From Candidatus Giovannonibacteria bacterium RIFCSPHIGHO2_02_FULL_44_11 (GTDB taxonomy: Bacteria; Patescibacteriota; Minisyncoccia; UBA11713; 2-01-FULL-45-33), in contig MFHL01000004.1 in NCBI GenBank assembly GCA_001778595.1, positions 9,235-48,598 of the forward strand: a DNA stretch of 39,364 nucleotides, written 5' to 3'. The translations under genes and the position numbers were made by a program. The notes beneath the pieces are model-generated. The model did no database searches, was not told where the DNA came from, and was given only the letters and a program-made list of their open reading frames with translations. Shown here piece by piece: positions 24,107 through 33,149 of this stretch; positions within the stretch are counted from its first letter, which is position 1; each line of letters begins with the position of its first letter.

Positions 24107-24535
24107 ATGAGACCAAGCGACACGCTGACAGAAACACAGCGCAAAACGGCGATAGATAGAGCGGCATTCACCCTTAAGCAACTATCGGAAATTCCGAGTT
24201 TGAAAGAGTTAAGAGCAGACCAAGTACTCGCGAGCAAGAAAGATAACTGGCGGGATACTTTGAAAATTTTGGGAGCGTTTGGGTTTGGAGGAAAATCCTT
24301 TGATACAAAAACGCTTCTCCTAACTCAAAACGGGATTGTTGAACACCATGAACACACCGATGGATATAAAACCGGAGGGCATCCAATGGCCCCTATAGGC
24401 GCAAGCTACGGAATAACAAGATTGATCCGCCATAAAATCGTAGTCGAAGAAAAATTTAAAGAAATCGTTGAAACATACAATCTTGATGACTCAACTCTTG
24501 AAAATCTGCTAAGACGCTTTGAAAAGTTAACATAA
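24107..24535 (+). CDS. Hypothetical soluble protein (142 aa)
   Basis: The ATG at 24107 is preceded by AAGGAGG at 24092-24098. The longer track ORF (from 23840) overlaps the membrane protein gene. No family recognised. Confidence 0.65.
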   Translation: MRPSDTLTETQRKTAIDRAAFTLKQLSEIPSLKELRADQVLASKKDNWRDTLKILGAFGFGGKSFDTKTLLLTQNGIVEHHEHTDGYKTGGHPMAPIGASYGITRLIRHKIVVEEKFKEIVETYNLDDSTLENLLRRFEKLT

Positions 24536-24544
24536 CAACAGCAC

Positions 24545-24574
24545 AAAACAAGGCCCGCGCGCCTTGTTTTTTTT
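24545..24574. terminator. Bidirectional rho-independent terminator between convergent genes
   Basis: aaaacaaggc-ccgcgc-gccttgtttt, with the T-run extending to 8 T and an A-run on the other side. It sits between the stop at 24535 (+) and the stop at 24590 (-). Confidence 0.8.
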
Positions 24575-24589
24575 ATTTCGTAAATTCGT

Positions 24590-25579
24590 TTATACTTTTC
24601 TGGTTACAATCCATAAATGCGAAGAAAGATTGTTTTCCGCCAGAAAGCATTGAAATATTTCGCCTTTGGTTTCCCATTGGTCAATTAAAGTATTCCTCAA
24701 AAATGGACTTTTTGAAATATCCAATTTGCCTGCTAAAATTTTTTCCCTCACAATTTCGGCATCGAGTTTTCCCGGCGTTAAAACTTCAACAACCTCAAAA
24801 CCGCAAACTTCCAACAAACGGCTTAGAGAATCCGGATGAAAATAATTAAGATGATTGGGCCCCTCAATATTATCCGATAGCTCCCCTAAAGTCAGCAGGT
24901 CAAAACCTTTAATATTTGGGGTTGTAAGAATAAAAACACCGCCCTTGGAAAGTATCTTGCTACACGCAAATAAAAAATCTTTTGGCCAAAAAAGATGTTC
25001 AATTAATTCGAAGTTTGTAATAACGTTTGCACCGCTTAACTTTGCGTCTTCTATCGTGCTCTCAATAACTTCAAGGCCCTTTCTACGGCAAGTTTCCGCT
25101 AAATCCGGCGAAGGCTCAATAACAACAGCTCTTTTGAATACATTCAATTTGTTGATTTCTTCCATAAAAGTCCCGAAACCGGCCCCGATGTCTACAATAG
25201 TATCCGTAGTAACTCCGAATTTCTTGCACAATTCAATAACTTTTTTTGCCCGAGGAACGAATATTTGCTCGCGGCGTGTGTTTTCAGAAGCCGGGAAAAT
25301 ATTATCATTCCAATATTTAATGCTCTTCGATGCCGTATAATATTCCGACAGCATATCCCTAGTCGGCCGCGGGTTAATGAATAAAGTTGAGCATTTAGCG
25401 CATTCGTTAAAATTAAAACCTTCTTTCGAAAATTTAAACCGATTTTCATCTGACTCACACGCCGGACATGGTATTTTTACAAATTCATTCTTTCGTTCCA
25501 TTAAATGTTTAATATCCTCGGCGCGCAGTCTTTTTTCTTCAAGCATATTTTTTTTTGGGCGTATATCTTCTTCTTTCAT
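24590..25579 (-). CDS. Class I SAM-dependent methyltransferase with an N-terminal Cys4 zinc-ribbon
   Basis: 329 aa. CPACES...CAKCSTLFINPRP, motif I IVDIGAGFGTF and ITNFELIEHL. Confidence 0.8.
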   Translation of the reverse strand: MKEEDIRPKKNMLEEKRLRAEDIKHLMERKNEFVKIPCPACESDENRFKFSKEGFNFNECAKCSTLFINPRPTRDMLSEYYTASKSIKYWNDNIFPASENTRREQIFVPRAKKVIELCKKFGVTTDTIVDIGAGFGTFMEEINKLNVFKRAVVIEPSPDLAETCRRKGLEVIESTIEDAKLSGANVITNFELIEHLFWPKDFLFACSKILSKGGVFILTTPNIKGFDLLTLGELSDNIEGPNHLNYFHPDSLSRLLEVCGFEVVEVLTPGKLDAEIVREKILAGKLDISKSPFLRNTLIDQWETKGEIFQCFLAENNLSSHLWIVTRKV

Positions 25580-26712
25580 GTCAATTCGTTTACTTTTTGG
25601 ATTACAAAATCCTGATCTTTTTCAGTTAAGTCCGGGAAAATCGGTATGGAAATTTCAGATTCGTAGAACACTTCGGCTTTCGGACAAAGCCCCGCTTTGT
25701 AGCCAAGTTTTTGATAATAAGGGTGCAAATATACGGGAATGTAATGGACCTGAACTCCGATGCCCGCGTCGCGCAGTTTTTTAAAAATTTCCGCGCGCTT
25801 GCCCGCGTCCTTGAGGCGCAGAGGATACAAGTGCCAACTCGAAGATGCGCCTTCATATTCTTTCGGCAAAATTAAATTTTTATTTCCGGCGAACGCTTCG
25901 CCGTACCGCACAGCTATTTTTTTCCGCGCTTCAATGAATTTATCCAGTTTTTTTAACTGCGACACCCCTAAAGCGGCCTGAATATCCGTCATACGGTAAT
26001 TGTGGGCCAGCGCCTGCATCTCATAATACCAATCGCCTTCCGGTTTTTTTGTTAAATTATCTTTTGTGATGCCATGGCCGCGGTAAAGCAGTAGTTTTTC
26101 GTAAAAATCTTTCCGGCCGGTTAAAATTGCGCCTCCCTCGCCCGTCGCAATAGATTTTACGGGGTGAAAACTCAACATCGTCATATCGGCAATACTTCCC
26201 ACTTTTTTTACTTGCCTTGAGCCCGTCGAAAGGTATTCTGCCCCCAAAGCGTGTGCGGCGTCCTCTATTAATAACAATTTATGTTTTTCAGCCAAAGCTT
26301 TAAGTTCGTCCAGCCGCACGGGAAGACCAGAATAGTCAACCGGAACAATTGCTTTGGTTTTAGGCGTAATTTTTTTCTCAACTTCATTGGGATCAATATT
26401 CCCTGAATCCGCCTCAATGTCCGCGAAAACAACTTTTGCGCCCTGCCACAAAGCCGCGTTCGCTGTCGCCGCGAAAGTTAAAGAAGTTGTTATGACTTCA
26501 TCGTCCTTTTTTAAATCCGCGGCAAAATAAGCCGCCTCCAGAGCAGCCGTTCCGTTTGAGAAAACAACCGCATATTCCGCGCCTGTATATTTAGCCAGAG
26601 CCTCTTCAAATTCGCGTACTTCCGGACCCTGCGTCAGCCAGTCGGATTTAAAAACACCAAAAACAGCTTCTACATCATCATCACCAATTGATTGGTGGCT
26701 ATAAGGTATCAT
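25576..26712 (-). CDS. pseC: DegT/DnrJ/EryC1-type sugar aminotransferase, PseC-like
   Basis: 378 aa. IPYSHQSIGDDDV...SDWLTQGPEVREFEEALA...YAVVFSNGTAALE and SFHPVKSIATGEGG (PLP lysine). Confidence 0.75.
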   Translation of the reverse strand: MIPYSHQSIGDDDVEAVFGVFKSDWLTQGPEVREFEEALAKYTGAEYAVVFSNGTAALEAAYFAADLKKDDEVITTSLTFAATANAALWQGAKVVFADIEADSGNIDPNEVEKKITPKTKAIVPVDYSGLPVRLDELKALAEKHKLLLIEDAAHALGAEYLSTGSRQVKKVGSIADMTMLSFHPVKSIATGEGGAILTGRKDFYEKLLLYRGHGITKDNLTKKPEGDWYYEMQALAHNYRMTDIQAALGVSQLKKLDKFIEARKKIAVRYGEAFAGNKNLILPKEYEGASSSWHLYPLRLKDAGKRAEIFKKLRDAGIGVQVHYIPVYLHPYYQKLGYKAGLCPKAEVFYESEISIPIFPDLTEKDQDFVIQKVNELT

Positions 26713-27716
26713 TATGACTCAAGAACTTCTTTTGCTTTTTCTATAGGCAAAAGAAAGTCTCCGTGATTGCTCATGTAAATAGAATTGGCATTGAATAACG
26801 GTCTTGTATTGTATGAAGGAAGAACACGGGAAGTTTCTTTATTCGTGATTTCCGGCACAATAGCATAAAAGTTTCCCACATCTCTTGTTCTTTTAGCCTC
26901 GTTCTCGGTAATTAAAATTTCGTGCAGCTTCTCTCCGGGCCTAATACCAATAACATTTATGGCGCATTCTGACGCTAAAGTTTTCACTACATCTATAACC
27001 TTCAAACTTTTCATCTTGGGCACAAATATTTCTCCGCCCTCCATGCGCTCCAAAGTTTCAAAGATTACATTCATCACCTTTGAAACTTTTATCCAAAATC
27101 TTGTCATGCGGTCATCTGTAAGAGTAATCGCTCCGGTGGGACGCTGTTTTTCTATAAGCTCAACTATGCTTCCTCTACTCCCGATTACGTTCCCATATCT
27201 GACAACGCTGAACTTGGTTCCTGCTTTATTTGAATCGCTGTACGCATTTGCCGCCACCACAAGCTTTTCCGCACAAAGCTTAGTGGCTCCGTAAAGATTT
27301 ATGGGATACACCGCTTTGTCTGAAGACACAAACAGTACTTTTTCCACATTGTTGTTTAAAGCCGCGTCAACAACATTTTGAGTTCCTAAAACATTGGTTT
27401 TGATTGCCTCCAAAGGATTATATTCTATCGCAGGAACTTGCTTTAAAGCGGCCGCATGGACAACAATATCTACTCCGTTAAACGCACGGTCAAGCCTGGC
27501 GGCGTCGCGCACATCCCCTAAAAAATAGCGCATTTTATCCTCCGAATCTTTGATTTCGTTCTGCATTATGCTTTGTTTAAATTCGTCCCGGCTGAATACG
27601 ATAATCTTTTTTATTCCCGGAATAGCCAAAAGCCTTGGTATAAAAGCGTGCCCGAAAGTACCGGTCCCTCCGGTTACCAAAATCGTCTTTCCGCTTAAAA
27701 ATGATTGGTCAGACAT
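26712..27716 (-). CDS. pseB: UDP-GlcNAc 4,6-dehydratase (inverting), PseB/FlaA1-like
   Basis: 334 aa. ILVTGGTGTFGHAF, VVHAAALKQVP and YGATKLCAEKL. The stop overlaps the pseC ATG by 1 nt (TAATG). Confidence 0.8.
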   Translation of the reverse strand: MSDQSFLSGKTILVTGGTGTFGHAFIPRLLAIPGIKKIIVFSRDEFKQSIMQNEIKDSEDKMRYFLGDVRDAARLDRAFNGVDIVVHAAALKQVPAIEYNPLEAIKTNVLGTQNVVDAALNNNVEKVLFVSSDKAVYPINLYGATKLCAEKLVVAANAYSDSNKAGTKFSVVRYGNVIGSRGSIVELIEKQRPTGAITLTDDRMTRFWIKVSKVMNVIFETLERMEGGEIFVPKMKSLKVIDVVKTLASECAINVIGIRPGEKLHEILITENEAKRTRDVGNFYAIVPEITNKETSRVLPSYNTRPLFNANSIYMSNHGDFLLPIEKAKEVLES

Positions 27717-27770
27717 AATTATCGGTTAGTTTATAACAATTTAACTCATTTGGCAAGCAAAAGGTTTTGC

Positions 27771-28838
27771 TTACATAAATTCCGCATATCGTCTGATCCG
27801 CTCACCGTACGTTTTTAGAAAAAAATCTTTGTCGTAATATTTTTCTCCCCAAAAAAGCGGAACAGTAAACCCCCCAAAACTCCTTTTAAATGTGCTGATA
27901 CCCAGCTCTTTTTTGTCAGGGAAATTAAATAATGTATTGCCGTATCTCTGCCCGCCAATTTCATAAAATAAATATCCGTGGTTTTTTAACCATTGGATAA
28001 TGTGCCACTGTAATAAGTGGCCCGAAGGAACGATTTCATTGTGCTTCGCCTTACAACTCGATCCATAATAAGCGCTTTTTTTATAAATATATATATAGGC
28101 AAAACTTGTTGAGACTCCGTCTTTCTCCGCTTCGGCAAGAACAGCATAACCTTTCTTAATAAAATCCAGCATCAGATCAAAGGTCTTCTGCTGCCTTGTT
28201 ACTCTTCCTGCGTCAATTTTATGAAGTTCCTGATATTCTCTGAATTTTGTTTCTGTGATATTGTTATTATCAAATATATTTATTTTATAACATTGCATGC
28301 CTTTGTTGATCGTTTCTCTTAAACCATGGGTGAAATCTCCCCATAATTCACTTTCGATTTTTCTTAAATCAATAATTTGTGCGGCAATTGAGCTATCCAA
28401 AAAATTAAACTTGGTTAAATAATTAAAATTGTTTTTCTTATCCTCCAAAAACGCTTTATCCAAGGACGGAAACCGCATACTTAGCCTTATAACGTTTTCC
28501 GCCTTAGACAGCTCATCCAAATGATTAAAGACCAGCTTCATAATTTTAGTGTTTTCTCTGGATGAAAGCTCATTCAAAAAAGCTGGTACTTGACCATAAT
28601 CAGCGCCGTAATAAAATTCACTATTCCCATCCATTGACTGCAGAATCAATGGGCAAATGGCGACTATTTTTTGGCCGTCAGTAACAAAAAAAGACATATT
28701 CTTCGGTCCCAAGTCTGGTTTATAATTTAAAACATACTCAATCCACTCCGAGGTATGCCAAAACCAAGCTTCGTCGCTTTTTCGGCAAAACTCGTCCCAC
28801 TCCTGATATTTTTCTCTTGTTAGAGGCAGAATTTTCAT
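27771..28838 (-). CDS. FemAB-family (aminoacyl-tRNA-dependent peptidyl/aminoacyl transferase-like, GNAT-fold) protein
   Basis: 355 aa. AVLAEAEKDGVSTSFAYIYIYKKSAYYGSSCKAK...GHLLQWHIIQWLKNHGYLFYEIGG resembles the FemX/FemA C-terminal pattern (..Y.yG.S......a...LqW..I.wa...G...yd.GG). Confidence 0.55.
   Translation of the reverse strand: MKILPLTREKYQEWDEFCRKSDEAWFWHTSEWIEYVLNYKPDLGPKNMSFFVTDGQKIVAICPLILQSMDGNSEFYYGADYGQVPAFLNELSSRENTKIMKLVFNHLDELSKAENVIRLSMRFPSLDKAFLEDKKNNFNYLTKFNFLDSSIAAQIIDLRKIESELWGDFTHGLRETINKGMQCYKINIFDNNNITETKFREYQELHKIDAGRVTRQQKTFDLMLDFIKKGYAVLAEAEKDGVSTSFAYIYIYKKSAYYGSSCKAKHNEIVPSGHLLQWHIIQWLKNHGYLFYEIGGQRYGNTLFNFPDKKELGISTFKRSFGGFTVPLFWGEKYYDKDFFLKTYGERIRRYAEFM
27870..27875. 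repeat. C6 homopolymer (G6 on the coding strand) in the FemAB-like gene
   Basis: Read directly; encodes G-G. Confidence 0.9.
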
Positions 28839-30271
28839 TTTTTATTTTCCAACCAAAAAAGCATTAAAGACGCCACCTTGAGCGCACTCTCTTCTCTGGT
28901 CAGTTTAGAAATCTTGTCAATAAAACCTTCGATATATGCCACATCCGTCGCTTCATCAAAACTTTTAAGAAAATTTACGAGGTTTTGCTGGCTTACCTTA
29001 TATCCTCCGACAATTTTATTTAATGCCGCATTGCACGTTTTTGTATCGTTTATACGAAATACTTCAGGGCAATCCCGATACCATGGATAACCGAATATTA
29101 ATGTTGGTTTTGAACGAAGCACCGCCTCCCAGCCGGCAGTCCCTGTAACTACCGCGACCGCCTGAGATTTGCCGATAAGTTCATAAGAATTATCATTAAC
29201 GGGAACCAATTTCACATTCGGTATACTTGCGAGCCTGTTATAATAACCTTTATAACGCGCACTTGAGTAGTTTATACCCATTCTCAGCCACCATTGCGCC
29301 GGATGCTCTTTAACATAGATCAGCCAATCTTTCGGAAGAGAGAAAGATAATATTTTCACAGTTAAGATCTGATCAACAAACATGTCTCCTTGTGGACTCG
29401 TGGTGCGCTCGGGCTGGAAGCCCAAAGGAACGTAAACGAATTTTTTTGAAAGATCGGGGTTTGACTGTAAAGCTTCATATTCTTTTTTCAGATTAATCTG
29501 GAACTGCTTCACAATAAACTGGGGAACTTTCCGATAAATTGTGCCGTCTAATAGGCTCTCTTTGGTAAGTTTCAATCTGGCAAAAAACTTATTCAGCAGA
29601 GAGTATTTATTTTTCCAATAATCCATGTAAACCGGGGTTGAATCAACTTGTGGATTGGTCTGTTTAAAGTAGTATTCCTTTAGATCGTTGCTGAGGTCAG
29701 ACGGTGAAAAATTTTTTCCAGTATTTTTTGCCATAGCTTCATGCAATTTTTTGCTTCCTTCCATCCAATCTTCATAAGCCAACAACCGATCAATTACCCA
29801 TGTATCCTCGAACATAATGGTCCTTATTCCGGCCAGTTTTGCAAGTTCGTAAAGAATAAAATTATAAACGGTATGCGGAACAACAGGTATAATTATCGCA
29901 TCTGGCTTATATTTATCCAAAATTCCTTTCCAATACTGAAGCATCCCATAATATACATGCCTTCGATCATCCACGCAACGAGTATCGAATTTTTTATTCA
30001 TCATAGTCAGCACTAAAGATTCGACTTTATACATCTTTTCTATCAGGTCTTTGCCGGGAGGCGCGAATTCATTAATGTCCACTCCTTCGGCTGGATTTCC
30101 GGCCCATGCGGCATAGTGGTTATGACAAATTGTTCCTTTCATTTCCTCACGCGCATTGCCGTCCATATCTGTATAGACCCAGTACAAAATCTCATGGCCA
30201 TTTTTTTTAAACACGGATAACATTTCACGTGATTCTGAATATTTTGACGCAAAAATTAAAAAAAGTTTCAT
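28835..30271 (-). CDS. Capsule-polysaccharide-biosynthesis family protein (KpsS/KpsC-like GT-B), second copy
   Basis: 478 aa. IYVKEHPAQWW...IPNVKLVPVN...AVAVVTGTAGWEAVLRSKPTLIFG shows the same pattern as 7476-8981. Confidence 0.45.
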   Translation of the reverse strand: MKLFLIFASKYSESREMLSVFKKNGHEILYWVYTDMDGNAREEMKGTICHNHYAAWAGNPAEGVDINEFAPPGKDLIEKMYKVESLVLTMMNKKFDTRCVDDRRHVYYGMLQYWKGILDKYKPDAIIIPVVPHTVYNFILYELAKLAGIRTIMFEDTWVIDRLLAYEDWMEGSKKLHEAMAKNTGKNFSPSDLSNDLKEYYFKQTNPQVDSTPVYMDYWKNKYSLLNKFFARLKLTKESLLDGTIYRKVPQFIVKQFQINLKKEYEALQSNPDLSKKFVYVPLGFQPERTTSPQGDMFVDQILTVKILSFSLPKDWLIYVKEHPAQWWLRMGINYSSARYKGYYNRLASIPNVKLVPVNDNSYELIGKSQAVAVVTGTAGWEAVLRSKPTLIFGYPWYRDCPEVFRINDTKTCNAALNKIVGGYKVSQQNLVNFLKSFDEATDVAYIEGFIDKISKLTREESALKVASLMLFWLENKK

Positions 30272-30275
30272 AAAT

Positions 30276-32057
30276 TTATTCCCTTATATTATAAACCTTG
30301 AAAAAGTAAGATTCTTTATTTTTAAGAAGTTCTTTTGGTGAACCTGATTCGGCTATTTTGCCGTCTTTTAATGATAATATTTTATCCGAATTCATGAGCG
30401 TGGAAAGACGGTGTGCAATAACTATAACAGTTATTTTACCCTTAAGGTTTTCTATCACTTTCTGTATTTTTATTTCCGATTCATTATCCAAAGCGCTTGT
30501 AGCCTCGTCCAAAATAAGGAGCTGGGGTTTACGTGCCAAAACCCGCGCGATAATAAGCCGCTGGCGCTGCCCGCCGGAAAGCAAAACCCCTCTCTCTCCT
30601 ACAACTGTATCAAATTTTTCCGGAAGTTCCATTATAAAATCATAAATATTTGCCATTTTAACTGCCTCCGCAATTTTTTCATCCGTTATTGAGCTGTCGA
30701 AAAATCTGATGTTATTTGAAATAGTATCGTTCATCAAAAAAATATCCTGCGAAACATAGCCGATATTACGCCGCCATTCTTTCATGCTTATAGTTGAGAT
30801 ATCTTTTCCATCCAACAAAATACACCCACCCGAGGGATTCAAAAGACGCAGGATTAGATCCACGATAGTTGTTTTGCCGGCACCCGAGGGACCGATTATG
30901 CCTACAAATTCGCCTTTCCGAACCGCAAAATCCGCTCCTTTAAGGACTGACGCCCCCCCCTCATAAGCAAAATCTACGCCAGTAAACATAAGTTCATTAA
31001 TAAATATAAATAACGCAAAACCGGCATCTTCTTCTTTTTCTTTAATGGCATCTTCCTCGTGCTTCAGTAAAATTTCCACATATGGCGCCTTGGCGGTAAA
31101 ACCCAAAACATGTGTGTACACCTGCTCAATGTATGAAAAGATCTGCCTGATAAGATAAATGACGGTTGCTAAAGCCGCAATGTTGAAATCCGCAGACGTA
31201 TAATAAGAATAAGCGAACACTCCGCTAATAAATATGATGCCTAAAGGTTCAATAAGCATGCCAGTAAAAATGTTCAAAATATTCGAGCGAACATTGAGAG
31301 AGCGCAGGCCGCCGAAATAATTTGCCGCACCTTTGGCCACCTCTTCTCCCGCGCCGGAAGCCTGGATAGACTTAAGCCCGAGCATGCTTTGGTTTATCGA
31401 ATGAGCAACCTGCCTGTTTATAAGCTCTGCCTCGGATGAAAATGCACGTACGCGAGAAGTCAAAGGCCGCATTAACCCAAAAAAGACCAAAACACCGAAA
31501 ACAAAAGTCATAGCGGTTATGGGCAAAGAAATATTTACAGCCACTGCCGTATACACCAACAAATTAGAAAAAGACATTATAGCGTAGCCAATTTGTGCCA
31601 GCAGAGAGGTGGACTGGTCAACATTTACCATAAGAATTCTCTCCAGATGCCCCAGCTTTTGCTTCATAAGAAAGGGCCAGCGTGCGCGAAGAAAATTATA
31701 AAGAACCCTATTCCTGGTTTTTTCGCTATAGCGCGAGGTAATAGATGTATTAATGTATGAAAACAGGATAGAAACGGCTGCTTTTAAAATAAAAAGTAAA
31801 ATTATAAAAAGAAGCACAGACGCAATCGTAAGCTCAATTCCGGCAGCCGCGAACAATTTTTCGATATTTCTTGAAACAAAATCATCTCCCGCGTTCCCCG
31901 CTCCTATTGCCAAAGAGAATGCGGGGATTAGCGCATTCACGCCTATGCCGCCGAAAATGCCGCTCAAAACACCCAAAGCGGTCAAAACCACCATATGAAA
32001 TTTATATTCCCAAAAGCTTCTTTTAAATAAATTTAAAAAATAACTGATTTTGTTCAT
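30276..32057 (-). CDS. ABC exporter, fused TMD-NBD half transporter (MsbA/PglK-like)
   Basis: 593 aa. Six N-terminal hydrophobic helices, Walker A GPSGAGKTT, signature LSGGQRQR and Walker B LLILDEATSALD. Confidence 0.9.
   Translation of the reverse strand: MNKISYFLNLFKRSFWEYKFHMVVLTALGVLSGIFGGIGVNALIPAFSLAIGAGNAGDDFVSRNIEKLFAAAGIELTIASVLLFIILLFILKAAVSILFSYINTSITSRYSEKTRNRVLYNFLRARWPFLMKQKLGHLERILMVNVDQSTSLLAQIGYAIMSFSNLLVYTAVAVNISLPITAMTFVFGVLVFFGLMRPLTSRVRAFSSEAELINRQVAHSINQSMLGLKSIQASGAGEEVAKGAANYFGGLRSLNVRSNILNIFTGMLIEPLGIIFISGVFAYSYYTSADFNIAALATVIYLIRQIFSYIEQVYTHVLGFTAKAPYVEILLKHEEDAIKEKEEDAGFALFIFINELMFTGVDFAYEGGASVLKGADFAVRKGEFVGIIGPSGAGKTTIVDLILRLLNPSGGCILLDGKDISTISMKEWRRNIGYVSQDIFLMNDTISNNIRFFDSSITDEKIAEAVKMANIYDFIMELPEKFDTVVGERGVLLSGGQRQRLIIARVLARKPQLLILDEATSALDNESEIKIQKVIENLKGKITVIVIAHRLSTLMNSDKILSLKDGKIAESGSPKELLKNKESYFFKVYNIRE
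30953..30960. repeat. C8 homopolymer (G8 on the coding strand) inside the ABC exporter gene
   Basis: Read directly: cgcccccccc-t. It encodes E-G-G-A at the TMD/NBD junction (FAYEGGASVLKG). Confidence 0.95.
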
Positions 32058-33145
32058 AAAAATTTTAAAATATTTTCGGTTCTTTTATCCCAGGTGTATT
32101 TTTTTGAATCTTCATGTGCTTGTGCGGATATTTTTTGGGCCAAAGCGGGGTCGTCCAGAACTTTTTTGATACCCTCGGCAAGAGCTTTGGGGTTTCCGGC
32201 TTCCACAAGTACGGAATTGCCTTCGTTCAGGACTTCCCTTGTACTTGGGAGATCGGAAGAGATAATTGGCCGTTTTGAGGCCATATACTCAAACATTTTC
32301 ATCGGAGACATATAGTAGGAGTAATGGGTGGTTTTGGGGAAAGGCATAAGAAGGACGTCAAAGGCTTTTTGGTAGAGGGCTACAATATCCTGCGTCTGGT
32401 GGTCCCTGAAAAAAGCCCTTCCGCTAAGCCCCATATCATCGGCGACCTTTTGATATTCCACAACATGTCTTGGCTTGCCTCCCATAGCAACAAATATCAC
32501 ATTTTGCGGTAAAAACTTCAGCGCCTCCAAAATATCAAAAAAACCTTTATCCTCCCCCATAGTCTTATAACGCCCGCAGTAGCCTATTATTTTCATGTTT
32601 TGAGGCAGACCAAGCTTTGCGCGCGCTTCCTCTTTAGAGGCGCTTATATCAAAAATTTTGAGGTCCACTCCGTCCGGAGCAACAAACATCTGCTTTTTAT
32701 CAAGTCCGTATTTTTCCAGATACATATCGGTGAGATGCTTTGTTACGCAAATATAATAATCCGCAAAAAAAGAAATTATTCTTTCGGCCAAACCGTTCAA
32801 AAAATCGTTTTCTATTATTCTGTGCACTTCGTAGGCGAATTTGGCTTTATTACCTGAAATTTTTCCGAAAATCCCCAAAAACAAAAGCAGTTTCGGTTCA
32901 CGGCAATAAATAATATCTACATTGTTTTTTTTTGCGAATTTCAAATATTTCGGCGCGAGCAGATAGCTTTTTTCTGTTTTGAAATTTAAAATTTGGAAAT
33001 TCACGCCGTCCGATTTTATATTTTCTCCTCCAAGCCAAAAATTATTTCCCATTTTTACGCCAAAAGCTTTGGACATGGCCAAAATCTGCATGCGGTTGGC
33101 AAGTCCGGACGGATAAGATATTGAAGTGGCGTAAAGCAATCTCAT
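32054..33145 (-). CDS. GT4 glycosyltransferase
   Basis: 363 aa. IIGYCGRYKTMGEDKG, VAMGG, DVLLMPFP...SPMKMFEYMASKRPIISSD (EX7E-type region). Confidence 0.85.
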   Translation of the reverse strand: MRLLYATSISYPSGLANRMQILAMSKAFGVKMGNNFWLGGENIKSDGVNFQILNFKTEKSYLLAPKYLKFAKKNNVDIIYCREPKLLLFLGIFGKISGNKAKFAYEVHRIIENDFLNGLAERIISFFADYYICVTKHLTDMYLEKYGLDKKQMFVAPDGVDLKIFDISASKEEARAKLGLPQNMKIIGYCGRYKTMGEDKGFFDILEALKFLPQNVIFVAMGGKPRHVVEYQKVADDMGLSGRAFFRDHQTQDIVALYQKAFDVLLMPFPKTTHYSYYMSPMKMFEYMASKRPIISSDLPSTREVLNEGNSVLVEAGNPKALAEGIKKVLDDPALAQKISAQAHEDSKKYTWDKRTENILKFL

Positions 33146-33149
33146 AAGA

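Noticed and set aside
27755-27772. Hairpin aagcaaaa-gg-ttttgctt overlapping the FemAB-like stop codon, as a terminator
   Set aside because: The stem is AT-rich and no U-tract follows on the sense strand. pseB starts 54 nt downstream, so read-through is likely.
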